Shown: piece after piece, positions 40,280-50,140 of the stretch
How positions within the stretch are numbered: position 1 is the first letter of the stretch
How the letters are laid out: every line of letters starts with the position of its first letter
Source: an uncultured Candidatus Rokubacteria bacterium
GTDB lineage: Bacteria; Methylomirabilota; Methylomirabilia; Rokubacteriales; DASRDR01
Length of the DNA stretch: 64,000 nucleotides
NCBI GenBank assembly: GCA_963805625.1
Contig: CAWDVE010000024.1
Span: forward strand, 64,001-128,000
Direction of reading: 5' to 3'
Position numbers and translations under genes: made by a program
The notes under the pieces: generated by a model
What the model was told of the DNA's origin: nothing
The model's input: only the letters and a program-made list of their open reading frames with translations
Databases searched by the model: none

Positions 40280-41533
40280 GTGGCCCTGTGCCGTCTGGCG
40301 CATCCGCTGGTTCGCAAGATCCTGAAGAACCTCGCCCTGGTGGCCCTTGGCCTGGTTGTCGGGCTCCTGCTCGCCGAGCTCGCTCTTCGCGTGCTCGCCC
40401 GCTTCAACGCCCCGGTGAGGTACCTGGCGACGATTGGCGCCGCTCCTGAACGGCCGGTCTTCGCTAACCTCGAGGCCTACCTAGCCTCGCAACGCCCTCA
40501 GGTGGAGCCGCACCGTGACGTTCTCAACTTCTGGACCAACTCACTCGGACTGAACGACGTCGAATTCGTCGTGCCGAAGCCGCCGGGCCGCTTTCGAATC
40601 CTGGCGCTGGGCGACTCGTTCACGTACGGCTCCGTCCCCTACCCGGACGCTGTCATGACGCGGCTCGAGGAGGCCCTTCGGGCAAGCTGCCCACGGGTCA
40701 GCCTCGACCTGCTCAACTTCGGCATCGGCGGGGCGGGCGTCTGGGACTACAAGACACTCCTCGAACTGGCAACCGAAACATTCGACCCCGACCTCGTCCT
40801 CGTGAACTTCTACATGGGCAACGATGGTCCCGACCTATACGTCCGTCCGCGATCGTCCACGCGGCGGCGCCTGTCGATTCGGCGCTCCTATCTCGTCAGA
40901 TACGTGCGCAACGCGTTGGCGCTTGCGACGGGTCTCGAGCGGCAGCGTCGAGTTACAGGCCCAAGCCCACGCTCGCCTGGTTCGCCGGGCGCCCAGGGTG
41001 GCATGCTGGTGAATCCTGAGAGCTCCCTGCAACCGGACGATTCACGCCTGACGGGACCGAGCTTCACCGAGGAGAAGTTCCTTGAGATCATGAGTGTTGA
41101 GCTCCGCCGATTCTCGCGGCAGTTCGAGTCGGATGACCCGGAGCGTGCATGGCAGGCCACACTGACGATACTCGACCTCCTCCGGCACGAGATCACGGGA
41201 CGGGGCCATCGCCTAGTCATGACCCTCTACCCATCGGAACTCCAGGTCGACTCCAAGAAGGGATCCGAGCTCGTGGAGGAGCTTCGCCAGCAGTCGCGAT
41301 TGGCGAGCCTCTTGCCGGTACACATCGACCCGCAGATCCCCAACCGGATCTTGCTCGACCACTGCCGACGCGTCGGGATGGACTGCTACGATGTGACGCC
41401 CGACCTCATCGCCGCGAGCAGGGAGTCGGCCGAGCCGCTGTACAAGAAGCGCGACACGCATTGGACCGTTCGAGGCAACCGGGTGGTGGCCGAGGCTCAG
41501 GCGCGCTGGCTGCGCCGCATCGTGTGTCCCTAG
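40280..41533 (+). CDS. Membrane-anchored SGNH/GDSL hydrolase (AlgJ/AlgX-like)
   Basis: N-terminal TM LAELALR, ILALGDSFTYG, NFGIGG, MGND, DTHW; start uncertain. Confidence 0.85.
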   Translation: MALCRLAHPLVRKILKNLALVALGLVVGLLLAELALRVLARFNAPVRYLATIGAAPERPVFANLEAYLASQRPQVEPHRDVLNFWTNSLGLNDVEFVVPKPPGRFRILALGDSFTYGSVPYPDAVMTRLEEALRASCPRVSLDLLNFGIGGAGVWDYKTLLELATETFDPDLVLVNFYMGNDGPDLYVRPRSSTRRRLSIRRSYLVRYVRNALALATGLERQRRVTGPSPRSPGSPGAQGGMLVNPESSLQPDDSRLTGPSFTEEKFLEIMSVELRRFSRQFESDDPERAWQATLTILDLLRHEITGRGHRLVMTLYPSELQVDSKKGSELVEELRQQSRLASLLPVHIDPQIPNRILLDHCRRVGMDCYDVTPDLIAASRESAEPLYKKRDTHWTVRGNRVVAEAQARWLRRIVCP

Positions 41534-41663
41534 TCTATCCACCACCGTCACTCTCCCTGCTCGTCCAACTCCTCCACATCTCGGGCCAACCGCTGAAGGT
41601 GTGGGTTGTCCCGAATGAGGCGCAGGCCAGCACCTCGGTGGCCCCGTCCCGCGCCTCCGATCC

Positions 41664-44600
41664 CTAGCGCCGGTGGACGAGCGACACCGCCGCCACCGAC
41701 CCCTCTCCGTGGCACACTTCACAGGTCTCGATGTTCCCCAACGTGTTGATCGCCGCGTGCGTCGCCGCGATCACCGAGTCGTGGCACGTGAGGCACGCAT
41801 CCGTAATCGGCAGGATGCTGCCCGTCACCGTCTCGGTCGACGGCGGTGTCACCTGGCTCAGCCGAGTCGGTAGGAGGTTCGACGGGAGCGGCAGCAGCTG
41901 GCTGCCATTCACGTGGCACGTCGCGCAGTCCCTTCGGTCCCCCGGGAAGCGGATCTCGCTGAAGTCGTGCGCCGTGTAGTTCTGCGGGGCCGATCCGAAG
42001 CCGTACACGATGTACGGCTTGTTCTCGAGTTCCTCTCCGGTGTGAACCTTGTGGAGCAGGTGCTTCAGGTTGATGGGCTCATTCGCGAGGTCTGGGCTCG
42101 GGGTCCCGGCCTGAGTCTGGCCATAGGTGTAGGCATTCACGCGGCGCGTGAAGTCGCTCACGTTCGGGTTGTGGCAAATGACGCAGTGGTTCGTCTGGTT
42201 GCGTGAGCCTCCGTGCACGGCGAAGCCCTGCGAGAAGACCCCGTGGCACTGCTGGCAGTTGCCGATCGCCACCACCGTGCGCCGAGGCACCACGGGCGAG
42301 CCGTCCACGCTGAAGTCCCGCACCGGGTTCTGAGCGAACTCGGTGACGGTGGTGGGGCCGCCGACCAGGTTGACGTTGGCGACCGCGCGGCGGGCTTCAA
42401 GCCCGACGCGCCAGGTTCCGGTGGCATCTGCCGGCAGCTTGTTCGCGCCCGTCGTCGTGAACGTGAAGGCGTCGACGCCGTCGAACACGGCACCCGTCAC
42501 GTTCTGACTGAGCATGGGCGCGGAACTACCGCCGAAGTCGGTTGTGGGCCCGCTGGCCCTGAGGCTGATCGTGCCGATCGGAGCGGAAAGGCTGGTGATC
42601 GGGCTGTTATCATCGCCGTTCTTGAGACGGAATTTGACCGTGATGCCGTTCCCGGGGGTCCCCGACGCGTCCAGCAGCTCGGCGACGAGCCCCCGCAGCT
42701 GCAGCGACTGCTGGGGAATGGTATGGGCCCCGGTCACCGAGACGGTCGCCTCGTTGGCCACCGTCCCGTCTCCGGGCGTGTGGCAGCCGGCGCAGGCCGC
42801 CTCGGGCGCGGCGCCGCCGCCGTGGGGCTTGCCGTTGCTCTTGAACCCGGCCGGAATTGTCCCGAGGTTCGACTGGGGCGGTGTCACGATGTCCGCCGTG
42901 CTCGGGTTCACGTCGTCGTGGCATCCGGTGCAGGCGGGTGTCGACGGCAGGGTTCGGAACGTGTGCGCGGTGGCCCCGCCGGTGTGGCACTTGGTGCAGT
43001 TCCGGACGTCCTGCGGGAAGCCCACCCCCGTCACCGCCGTCCCGGTGCAGGTGCCGGTCCCGCAGTCGGGGTCACCGGTGCAGGGCGCGCCCTCCTTCGG
43101 GCCCAAGACGCAGACGTTGATCTTCTCGGAGAACACCGTGTTCCCGACGGCGAACTTGGTGCCCACCGGGCCGGCCACGACCGACGGAAGCTCCTTGCCG
43201 CGGTGGATCTTATGGATCATCACCCTGAAGTTGAGGCTGCCCGCGTCGGGATCGACGAGCTGTTCCGTATGGCAGAGCATGCAGAGGCGCACTTCGCGCC
43301 GGCCGCCCCCGTGGACCGCCAGAGGGTTGTGGCACTCGTTGCACGCCGCCGTGGACACCGGCTCGCGCTGAAGGGTCAGCGCGCTCCTCCCCGGATTGCA
43401 GGCCACCCAGACCCCGCCGGTGAAGGCGGGGTTATAGGCGAAGAAGGAGCCGATGGGTCCGGGGACCTCAAGGCCCGTCGCGCCGTCGAAGGCGCGGACG
43501 TGGGGGCCGCCGCCGGGCCCGGCGCCCGTCACCACGTCCAGGATTCCGTCGCCGGTTAAGTCGCACGCCGCGACCTGTACGCCCCCGGTAAACGTCGGGT
43601 CGTAGGCCCACAGTTCGAGACCGGCCGCCGTCCCGAGGCCGGTGAAGCCCCGGACGTGAGGGCCGCCGCCGGGCCCGGCGCCGGTGATGATCCGGGCCTC
43701 CGTCGAGCCCCGGAGGCTCCCGCATGCGACGAACACCCCGCCGGCGAATGCGGGGGCGTAGGCCAGGAAGGTCGACAGCTGCTGCGCCGGATTCTGTCCG
43801 TTGAACACCGTGACGCGCGGCTCTCCGCCGGGCCCGGCGGCCGTCACGATGTCGGCCCGCCCGTCGTTGTTCACGTCGCACGCCGCGACCCGCACGCCGC
43901 CGGTGAAGGCGGCGTCGAAGGCGAAGAACGACGCGACTTCGGCGCCGGTCTTGCCGTCGAACGCGCGGACATGGGGGCCGCCGCCCGCGTCGGCGGCGGC
44001 GATCACGTCCGGCGTGCCGTCCCCGGTGACATCGCCGCACGCCACGAATACGCCCCCGGTAAAGGCCACATCGAAGGCCATGAACGACCCGATCGGCCCG
44101 GGCAGCACCGCCCCGGTCACTCCGTCAAAGGCCCTGACGTGGGGCCCCCCGCCCGGGCCGGCGCCGGAAACTACATCGACGACGCCGTCACCGGTCAGGT
44201 CGCACACGGCCACGCGCGCGCCGCCGAGGAAGGCAGGGCTATAGGCGAAGAAGTCGCCCGGCGTCCCGGGGAGCGGCAGACCGAGGACGCTGTTGAAGCC
44301 GCGGATGTGAGGCCCGCCCCACGACCCGGCACCGGTCGTCGGGCGCCCGTCGGGCACGAAATCGAAGATCGGGTTTGCAGCGAGGCGCCCCCCGTCAAAG
44401 AACCGGTCGACCTGCCCTCCGATCGTGTGAACCAGGGCCGCGGACCCGGGAAAGGGCGCCGGCAGCGTCCTGCCGAAGGTGTATCGGTAGGTGCCCGTGC
44501 CCTGATCCTCGAGCAGGAAGCTCCCGCCCGTATCGAAGGTCGGCTCTCCGGACGCGTTGAGGAGGTAGTTCATGTAGCGCGTGAACTGGACGGTGCTGGC

Positions 44601-44900
44601 GCCGTCCGTCTGCTCGTTGACCTCCAGCCGCGCGATGGCGAAGCGGACCCGGGCCAGGACGGGGTCAGAGGCGGACGAGACCGCACTTGCGGTGGGCGTG
44701 AGGGGGACGCCGGCCGTGTCGGTGAGGGTGAACCTCACGCTCGCGATCCCGGTGTCGCTCACCGAGGCGGCCAGGATGGCCACCTCGAGGCCGGGTCCGG
44801 GGAGCGGCACCGGCGGCGCGCTCGCGCTCTGGAGAAAGCCGAGGATCAGGACCAGAAGAACGGAGGGAGTGACCGTCTGAACGCCCTTCGGACGCCGCAT
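41664..44900 (-). CDS. Decaheme c-type cytochrome, OmcA/MtrC family, with an inserted FG-GAP/VCBS beta-propeller
   Basis: Ten CxxCH motifs in two pentaheme blocks; HKIH and HKVH axial motifs; HGGxR; signal peptide; six GAGPGGGPHVR...GGVxVAxxD repeats. Confidence 0.92.
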   Translation of the reverse strand: MRRPKGVQTVTPSVLLVLILGFLQSASAPPVPLPGPGLEVAILAASVSDTGIASVRFTLTDTAGVPLTPTASAVSSASDPVLARVRFAIARLEVNEQTDGASTVQFTRYMNYLLNASGEPTFDTGGSFLLEDQGTGTYRYTFGRTLPAPFPGSAALVHTIGGQVDRFFDGGRLAANPIFDFVPDGRPTTGAGSWGGPHIRGFNSVLGLPLPGTPGDFFAYSPAFLGGARVAVCDLTGDGVVDVVSGAGPGGGPHVRAFDGVTGAVLPGPIGSFMAFDVAFTGGVFVACGDVTGDGTPDVIAAADAGGGPHVRAFDGKTGAEVASFFAFDAAFTGGVRVAACDVNNDGRADIVTAAGPGGEPRVTVFNGQNPAQQLSTFLAYAPAFAGGVFVACGSLRGSTEARIITGAGPGGGPHVRGFTGLGTAAGLELWAYDPTFTGGVQVAACDLTGDGILDVVTGAGPGGGPHVRAFDGATGLEVPGPIGSFFAYNPAFTGGVWVACNPGRSALTLQREPVSTAACNECHNPLAVHGGGRREVRLCMLCHTEQLVDPDAGSLNFRVMIHKIHRGKELPSVVAGPVGTKFAVGNTVFSEKINVCVLGPKEGAPCTGDPDCGTGTCTGTAVTGVGFPQDVRNCTKCHTGGATAHTFRTLPSTPACTGCHDDVNPSTADIVTPPQSNLGTIPAGFKSNGKPHGGGAAPEAACAGCHTPGDGTVANEATVSVTGAHTIPQQSLQLRGLVAELLDASGTPGNGITVKFRLKNGDDNSPITSLSAPIGTISLRASGPTTDFGGSSAPMLSQNVTGAVFDGVDAFTFTTTGANKLPADATGTWRVGLEARRAVANVNLVGGPTTVTEFAQNPVRDFSVDGSPVVPRRTVVAIGNCQQCHGVFSQGFAVHGGSRNQTNHCVICHNPNVSDFTRRVNAYTYGQTQAGTPSPDLANEPINLKHLLHKVHTGEELENKPYIVYGFGSAPQNYTAHDFSEIRFPGDRRDCATCHVNGSQLLPLPSNLLPTRLSQVTPPSTETVTGSILPITDACLTCHDSVIAATHAAINTLGNIETCEVCHGEGSVAAVSLVHRR

Positions 44901-45041
44901 ATGCACCTCCACGCGACCGGCGAAGAAGTCAGCCCCAGCGTTCCCGGCGAGCCATGCGAGCGGACCTCCCTGCCGGATGCATCGCGATCCCGCGGCGCAG
45001 GCCAGGTTAGTGTCTTCCAGACTCTCGTACTCTGTCAATGG

Positions 45042-45065
45042 TGCGAACTAATGATGCGAACTAAT
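45042..45065. promoter_or_regulatory. 11-bp direct repeat next to a TTGACA box upstream of the cytochrome gene
   Basis: TGCGAACTAAT at 45042 and 45055; minus-strand TTGACA at 45039-45034. Confidence 0.5.
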
Positions 45066-45566
45066 CAGACGACCCCGAGTTCGAGCGTGCAACGGGGTCA
45101 CAAGCTCATGATCGGTCGTGGAACGGGGTGTGTCAGCGGTCCACGTCGAGGCGTACCTCAGTCAGCCTGCGCACCGTAGATAGGCAGCTCGTCCAGGAAG
45201 AGCACCCCCCAGGTGGGCCAGGCTGACCTCGCCGGGATGCGGCGGCCGGCCTCCCACCCACGAGTCCCGCGGCCGAGACCGTGTGGTGCGGGGTCCGGAA
45301 CGGTCGCCGCGTTCCGAGGCCTTTCGGGCACCGGCGTCTGCGGCTACTCGAACAGGCCGGCCTGCTCGGGTTGTCAGGGGTGGGGCGCTTCAACCTGGAG
45401 CTCCTGGGTCAACCTGGCGAGGCCTCGGGCGGTCAAGGTCGTGGGGCCCGGGCGCCGTGGGCTGTGAGAGGCGTGGCCGCCGAACTGAGAAAGCCCACGT
45501 TTCGAGATCGAACCAGGTGGTATTGGCCGGGTTTCGCCACGATGATCTCGGGGATTCGCTTGGAAT

Positions 45567-46364
45567 CTAGTGGCCCGCGCCCTTCGTCGGGAGGGCCTGC
45601 CGGTCAACGTCGCGCTCGAGGTCGGCAGCGGGTCCCCTCCGTAGGAAGACCTGGCGGAGGCCGAAGTAGGCGAAGGCGTCCTTGAGGTTGGAGGCGAGCC
45701 GCTTCACCGGGTGCATCGAGGGATCGGTCACGTACTCCAGCGTGAGGCTGACGCGCTCCTCGCCCACGCCAAGGGGCGTCACCGCGTGCCACAGCCGGTC
45801 GCCGTTGAACAGGATGAACGTGCCGGGGTGCGTCGCCAGCGCCAGTTCCACCGGCGCCCGCCCCGGGTCCTTCTTGTGGAGCTGGCAGACCAGGCGGCTG
45901 GACGAGCGCTCAAGCAGCCCCACCAGCACCGTGTAGCGGGCGCCGCGGTAGTAGGACGTGTCGAAGTGGAAGCCGATGTGGTCGCCCGGCTCCGTGTAGA
46001 AGTAGAGGGCGCAGGCGTGTGGGTCACAGGGTGGGCACGGCTGCAGGCGCGCGCCTGTCAGGGACTCCAGGAACGCGATGAAGGGGAGCGTACGGTAGAG
46101 CGCCAGGATCGTGGGCGCCCGCTCGACCAGGGTGTGGAAGCTGACGCTGCCGCCCTTCTTGTGGCGGGGGATATAGCTGCGGCTGATGGCCGGCCGCACC
46201 GACTCGATCTCGGCCACCATGCGTGCCACCACCGGGGCCGGCAGCCAGCGCTCGAGGTGGACAAACTCGCCCTGCTCCTGGTACGTGCGGCGGAGCGCGT
46301 CCACGTCCACGCGCGCAACGGCCTCGGCCACCGCCTCGGCCACCGACGTCGTCGCTTCGTTCAC
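45567..46364 (-). CDS. 2OG-Fe(II) oxygenase
   Basis: HxD in GFHFDTS, distal WHAV, RVSL. Confidence 0.85.
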   Translation of the reverse strand: MNEATTSVAEAVAEAVARVDVDALRRTYQEQGEFVHLERWLPAPVVARMVAEIESVRPAISRSYIPRHKKGGSVSFHTLVERAPTILALYRTLPFIAFLESLTGARLQPCPPCDPHACALYFYTEPGDHIGFHFDTSYYRGARYTVLVGLLERSSSRLVCQLHKKDPGRAPVELALATHPGTFILFNGDRLWHAVTPLGVGEERVSLTLEYVTDPSMHPVKRLASNLKDAFAYFGLRQVFLRRGPAADLERDVDRQALPTKGAGH

Positions 46365-46534
46365 GCACGACCTCCCGTGCTGCGCGCGTGGCGCCCAGCA
46401 TACACCGGTGATCGAACCGTCGGGGTTCTTCTTCAGGGGAAGGATGTGCGGCGCCCACGCGACTTGGCGTGCTGCTGGTGTCGAGCCATCTGCTTTTGCT
46501 TGGGCTTGCTCATAGCTCCTGTCTAGACGCCGCG

Positions 46535-46567
46535 ATGGCGGGCGGCCCGCGCTGAGCCGCCCGCCAT
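46535..46567 (-). terminator. 12-bp-stem hairpin downstream of the sulfatase
   Basis: ATGGCGGGCGGC...GCCGCCCGCCAT. Confidence 0.5.
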
Positions 46568-46593
46568 GAAGGTCATCAAGTACCTTCGTGTGC

Positions 46594-48195
46594 CTACTTG
46601 CCCATCGCCGCCCGGGCCGCCTCGATCTTCGCTTTCACGGCATCGAGGTTGAAGCTCGCGCCCTTCTGCATCGGCGGGAACTCGACGGCGGTCATGGCGA
46701 GTTTCACCACCTCCTGCTGGACGAACACGAAGCGCCAGAACTCGTACTGGAACCACTGGAAGTAGTTCTGCGACCCGGCCTTGGTCCCGCTGTCGGGCCA
46801 GCCCGTGCGCTCGAAAGGATCGAGGCGCAGATTGGTCAGGTAGGGCACGTCAGCCTTGGTCTTGTCGCCCAGCCAGCCGCCGGGCTGGTCGATGAAGCGA
46901 TACTTGAAGTCGCCGATGCGAACGGCGCCAAGCTCGCTTTCCCCGAAGTACCAGATCTCTTGGCGGTTCGACGGCCCCTTGCCGGTGATCATGGCCGTCT
47001 GGTCGTACCCGTCCAGATGCACCTTGTAGGTCGTGCCGCCGAGCTGCTTGCCCTGCTTCAGCTCTGCCGCGATGTTCGGGTTGCCGGCTGCGGCCACCAG
47101 GGTCGGGAACCAGTCGAGCCCGGAGATGAGCCCGTTCTCGACCTTGCCCGCCGGCACCTTGCCCGGCCAGCGGATCATCGCCGGCGCGCGGAAGCCGCCT
47201 TCCATGACCGTGCCCTTGCTCTGCGCGAACGGCGTCTGTCCGCCGTCCGGCCAGGTGAAGACCTCGGTGCCGTTGTCGGTGGTGAACACGACGATGGTGT
47301 TATCGTCCACCCCCATGTCCTTGAGCTTCTGCATCACGAGCCCGATGTCGTCATCCATCTGCGCCATGCCGGCTTCATGGATGGACCAGCCATTCTTGGA
47401 GTTGCGCGTCGCCTGGTATTTCGGCGACAGGTGCGTGACGATGTGCATGCGGGTCGGATTGAGCCACAGGAAGAACGGCTTGTTGTCGGCCTTGGCCTTG
47501 TCGAGGAACTTGAGCGCGAGATCGCGGATCTCGTCGTCCACGGTTTCCATGCGCTTCGGGCACAGCTCCCCCGCATCCTCGATCTTCTGCTTGCCGACCT
47601 TGCCCCAGCGCGGATCCACGGTGGCGTCGTCGACGCTGGTCGCCCACGAGTGGACCATGTTCCGCGGGCCCACCTGCGACCTCAGGTCCTGCGGATAGTT
47701 CGGGTGGCAAGGATCTTCCATGGCGTCCAGGTGATAGAGATAGCCGAAGAACTCGTCGAACCCGTGCACCGTGGGCAAGAACTCGTTCTTGTCCCCCAGA
47801 TGGTTCTTGCCGAACTGGCCGGTGGCGTAACCCATCGACTTCAGCACCGTCGCAATGGTCGCGGCCTCCGCCGGCAGGCCGGTTGGCGCACCAGCCTGGC
47901 CGACCGTGGTCATGCCGGTGCGGATCGGCAGCTCGCCGGTGATGAAGTTCGCGCGGCCGGCCGTGCAGCTCGCCTCGGCGTAGTAATCGGTGAATAGCAT
48001 GCCCTCGGCGGCGATCTTGTCGAGGTTCGGCGTCCGGCCCGCCATCATGCCGCGGTGGTAGGCGCCGATGTTCCAGATGCCAATGTCGTCGCCCATGATG
48101 ACGACGATGTTAGGCTTTGGCTGCGCGGCCGCCGGGCCGGCGCCCCAGGCGAGCGCGGCCAGGACCGCGACCAACACCGCTACGCATCTCTGCAT
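46594..48195 (-). CDS. Arylsulfatase (Cys-type formylglycine motif), secreted
   Basis: Signal peptide, KPNIVVIMGDD, SCTAGRA, GKNHLG, TTDNG. Confidence 0.95.
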   Translation of the reverse strand: MQRCVAVLVAVLAALAWGAGPAAAQPKPNIVVIMGDDIGIWNIGAYHRGMMAGRTPNLDKIAAEGMLFTDYYAEASCTAGRANFITGELPIRTGMTTVGQAGAPTGLPAEAATIATVLKSMGYATGQFGKNHLGDKNEFLPTVHGFDEFFGYLYHLDAMEDPCHPNYPQDLRSQVGPRNMVHSWATSVDDATVDPRWGKVGKQKIEDAGELCPKRMETVDDEIRDLALKFLDKAKADNKPFFLWLNPTRMHIVTHLSPKYQATRNSKNGWSIHEAGMAQMDDDIGLVMQKLKDMGVDDNTIVVFTTDNGTEVFTWPDGGQTPFAQSKGTVMEGGFRAPAMIRWPGKVPAGKVENGLISGLDWFPTLVAAAGNPNIAAELKQGKQLGGTTYKVHLDGYDQTAMITGKGPSNRQEIWYFGESELGAVRIGDFKYRFIDQPGGWLGDKTKADVPYLTNLRLDPFERTGWPDSGTKAGSQNYFQWFQYEFWRFVFVQQEVVKLAMTAVEFPPMQKGASFNLDAVKAKIEAARAAMGK

Positions 48196-48679
48196 GAGGT
48201 CCTCCGTTCTAGGTATGGGTGTGTCTGCGTGAATCGGGCTGGCGGAGCCCGCACTCTGGGTGTGAGGGGGCACCAGTGGCCCGGACTCCCGCCAGCATCA
48301 GGAAGGCCCCCAGCAGACTCACGGCCGCCGCACGTCGAGCCATGGTCTCGCATTCTCCGTGGTCGATTCCCGACCGACTTCTGCTGAGGCCATCAGCCTC
48401 GCGGCGACTGTAGCCGCACACTCCCCGTGCGTGCTATGGGACTTTGGTCCCATGGCCGCGATAGCGTCGGCCACAGGCGATCTCGGCTCACGCCGGCCCG
48501 GGGCTGCGCCGCCGGACGGGATTTGCTGTTTGGCTCGCGAGTATCACACGGGGACTCTTCTCCACATCGAAGGCCTGGCGCTCTCGGAGCGCCTCGCGGA
48601 CGGACCCGCCGAGGCGGCGTCCCCCCCCGAAGCGGAGCATGGCAGCGACTGGGATACGTCTGGCGCGCAGCCCCGGTGC

Positions 48680-50080
48680 ATGTCGTACCCGGAGCTCACT
48701 TCGGGTACCTTTGGCCGCGTGGGACAGCAGGTCGCACCGCGTTTCGTCCTGTCCCTGTACGATCACCTGACGGGTGAGCGGGTGTGGCGAGGGTACGCCA
48801 GCATGCGCGACGCCCAATGGCGACCGGCAGCGGAGCTCGACGCGCGCGCTGCCGTGGCCCTGGGGCGCATCGTCGGTCACGCCGCGACGCACGTAGTCCA
48901 TTACCGCGACTTGCTGCGCGAGGTCGGCCTGCGTCCGGAGGACATCCGGAGCGTCGACGACCTGGCCCACGTGCCGGTCACGACCAAGGCCGCGCTGCGG
49001 AACGGGTTCCCGGACCGCGTCACGGAGCCCGATCTGGCGGAGCGGCGCGGCGAACTGGGAAGGACTTCGGGTTCAACGGGATTGCCGTTCGAATTCTACC
49101 TCGATCGAGGCGACACGGGCCTCCGGCGCGCGGGCTACCTGCTCTTCCGGGAATGGGCGGCGATACCCCTGCGGATGCCCATGCTCCGGCTCGTGGGCCT
49201 GAGGGAGCCCCCGCTGCCTGGCCTGCAGCGTTTCGGGCGGCGCCTCCTGCTGGGCGAGCGGCGCCTGTGGCTGGGCGCCATGACGGCGACACCCGCCCAA
49301 CTGGGCGAGGCGATCCGGCATCTCGGTGGCGGAGAGTACTTCATCTGGACCCATCCGTCGTACGGCGCGCGCCTCGCGCGGCGCCTCGTCGACGAGGGCA
49401 CTCGGCTCGACCGGTACCCATCGGCCGTGGTCACCTTCGGCGAGACTCTCAGTCCGATCGATGCCTCGATACTGGCCGAGGTGTTCCGGTGTCGCGTCGT
49501 GAATCACTACTCGACCTCGGAAATCCACGGCATCGCCCAAACGTGTCCGGACGAGCCCACCCTGCTCCACGTCAACAGCGAGCGCGTCGTCGTTCGTGTG
49601 GTGCGCCACGACGGCCGGGCGGCCGCGCCCGGCGAGCGCGGAAAGGTCCTCGTCACCGACCTGAGGAATCAGGTGATGCCCTTCCTGAACTACGACGTCG
49701 GCGACCAGGCCGTCGTGGGGCCGCCATGCCCGTGCGGCCGGGGCTTCCCGACCCTGCGTGCGATCGAGGGGCGAAGTGCCGAGTCGATCGAGACGCCGGA
49801 CGGCCGGACCCTGGGACCGTCGACCCTCGGCTTGCTCGTCGTGAGCACGGCCCCGGCGCTGTCCCACGTCTGGGAGTATCAAGCCGTGCAGACACGGCCG
49901 GAACGAGTGATCCTTCGCGTGGTGCCTTGCAGCGGCTTCTCGGCCGCGGTCGCGGAGCGCCTTCGGGCGCGTCTGCACGAGCATCTCGGGCCCCTGGTGC
50001 ACCTGACGGTCGAGGTGGTCGACGCGATCGAGCCAGAACCGTCAGGCAAGCGCCTGATGATCAAGCGGCTTGCGGAGTGA
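48680..50080 (+). CDS. Phenylacetate-CoA ligase / CapK / F390-synthetase-like adenylating enzyme
   Basis: TSGSTG, HYSTSE, VLVTDL, NYDVGD, CPCGRG, IEGR, SGK. Confidence 0.88.
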   Translation: MSYPELTSGTFGRVGQQVAPRFVLSLYDHLTGERVWRGYASMRDAQWRPAAELDARAAVALGRIVGHAATHVVHYRDLLREVGLRPEDIRSVDDLAHVPVTTKAALRNGFPDRVTEPDLAERRGELGRTSGSTGLPFEFYLDRGDTGLRRAGYLLFREWAAIPLRMPMLRLVGLREPPLPGLQRFGRRLLLGERRLWLGAMTATPAQLGEAIRHLGGGEYFIWTHPSYGARLARRLVDEGTRLDRYPSAVVTFGETLSPIDASILAEVFRCRVVNHYSTSEIHGIAQTCPDEPTLLHVNSERVVVRVVRHDGRAAAPGERGKVLVTDLRNQVMPFLNYDVGDQAVVGPPCPCGRGFPTLRAIEGRSAESIETPDGRTLGPSTLGLLVVSTAPALSHVWEYQAVQTRPERVILRVVPCSGFSAAVAERLRARLHEHLGPLVHLTVEVVDAIEPEPSGKRLMIKRLAE

Positions 50081-50140
50081 CGCCGGGTGCGACCGACTGA
50101 CAGTGGCGACCCTCGGCGGCGATCGGATTCGCATGGCGTG

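Noticed and set aside
45567-46364. Fe/2OG halogenase
   Set aside because: It retains the HxD carboxylate (HFD); halogenases have HxG/A
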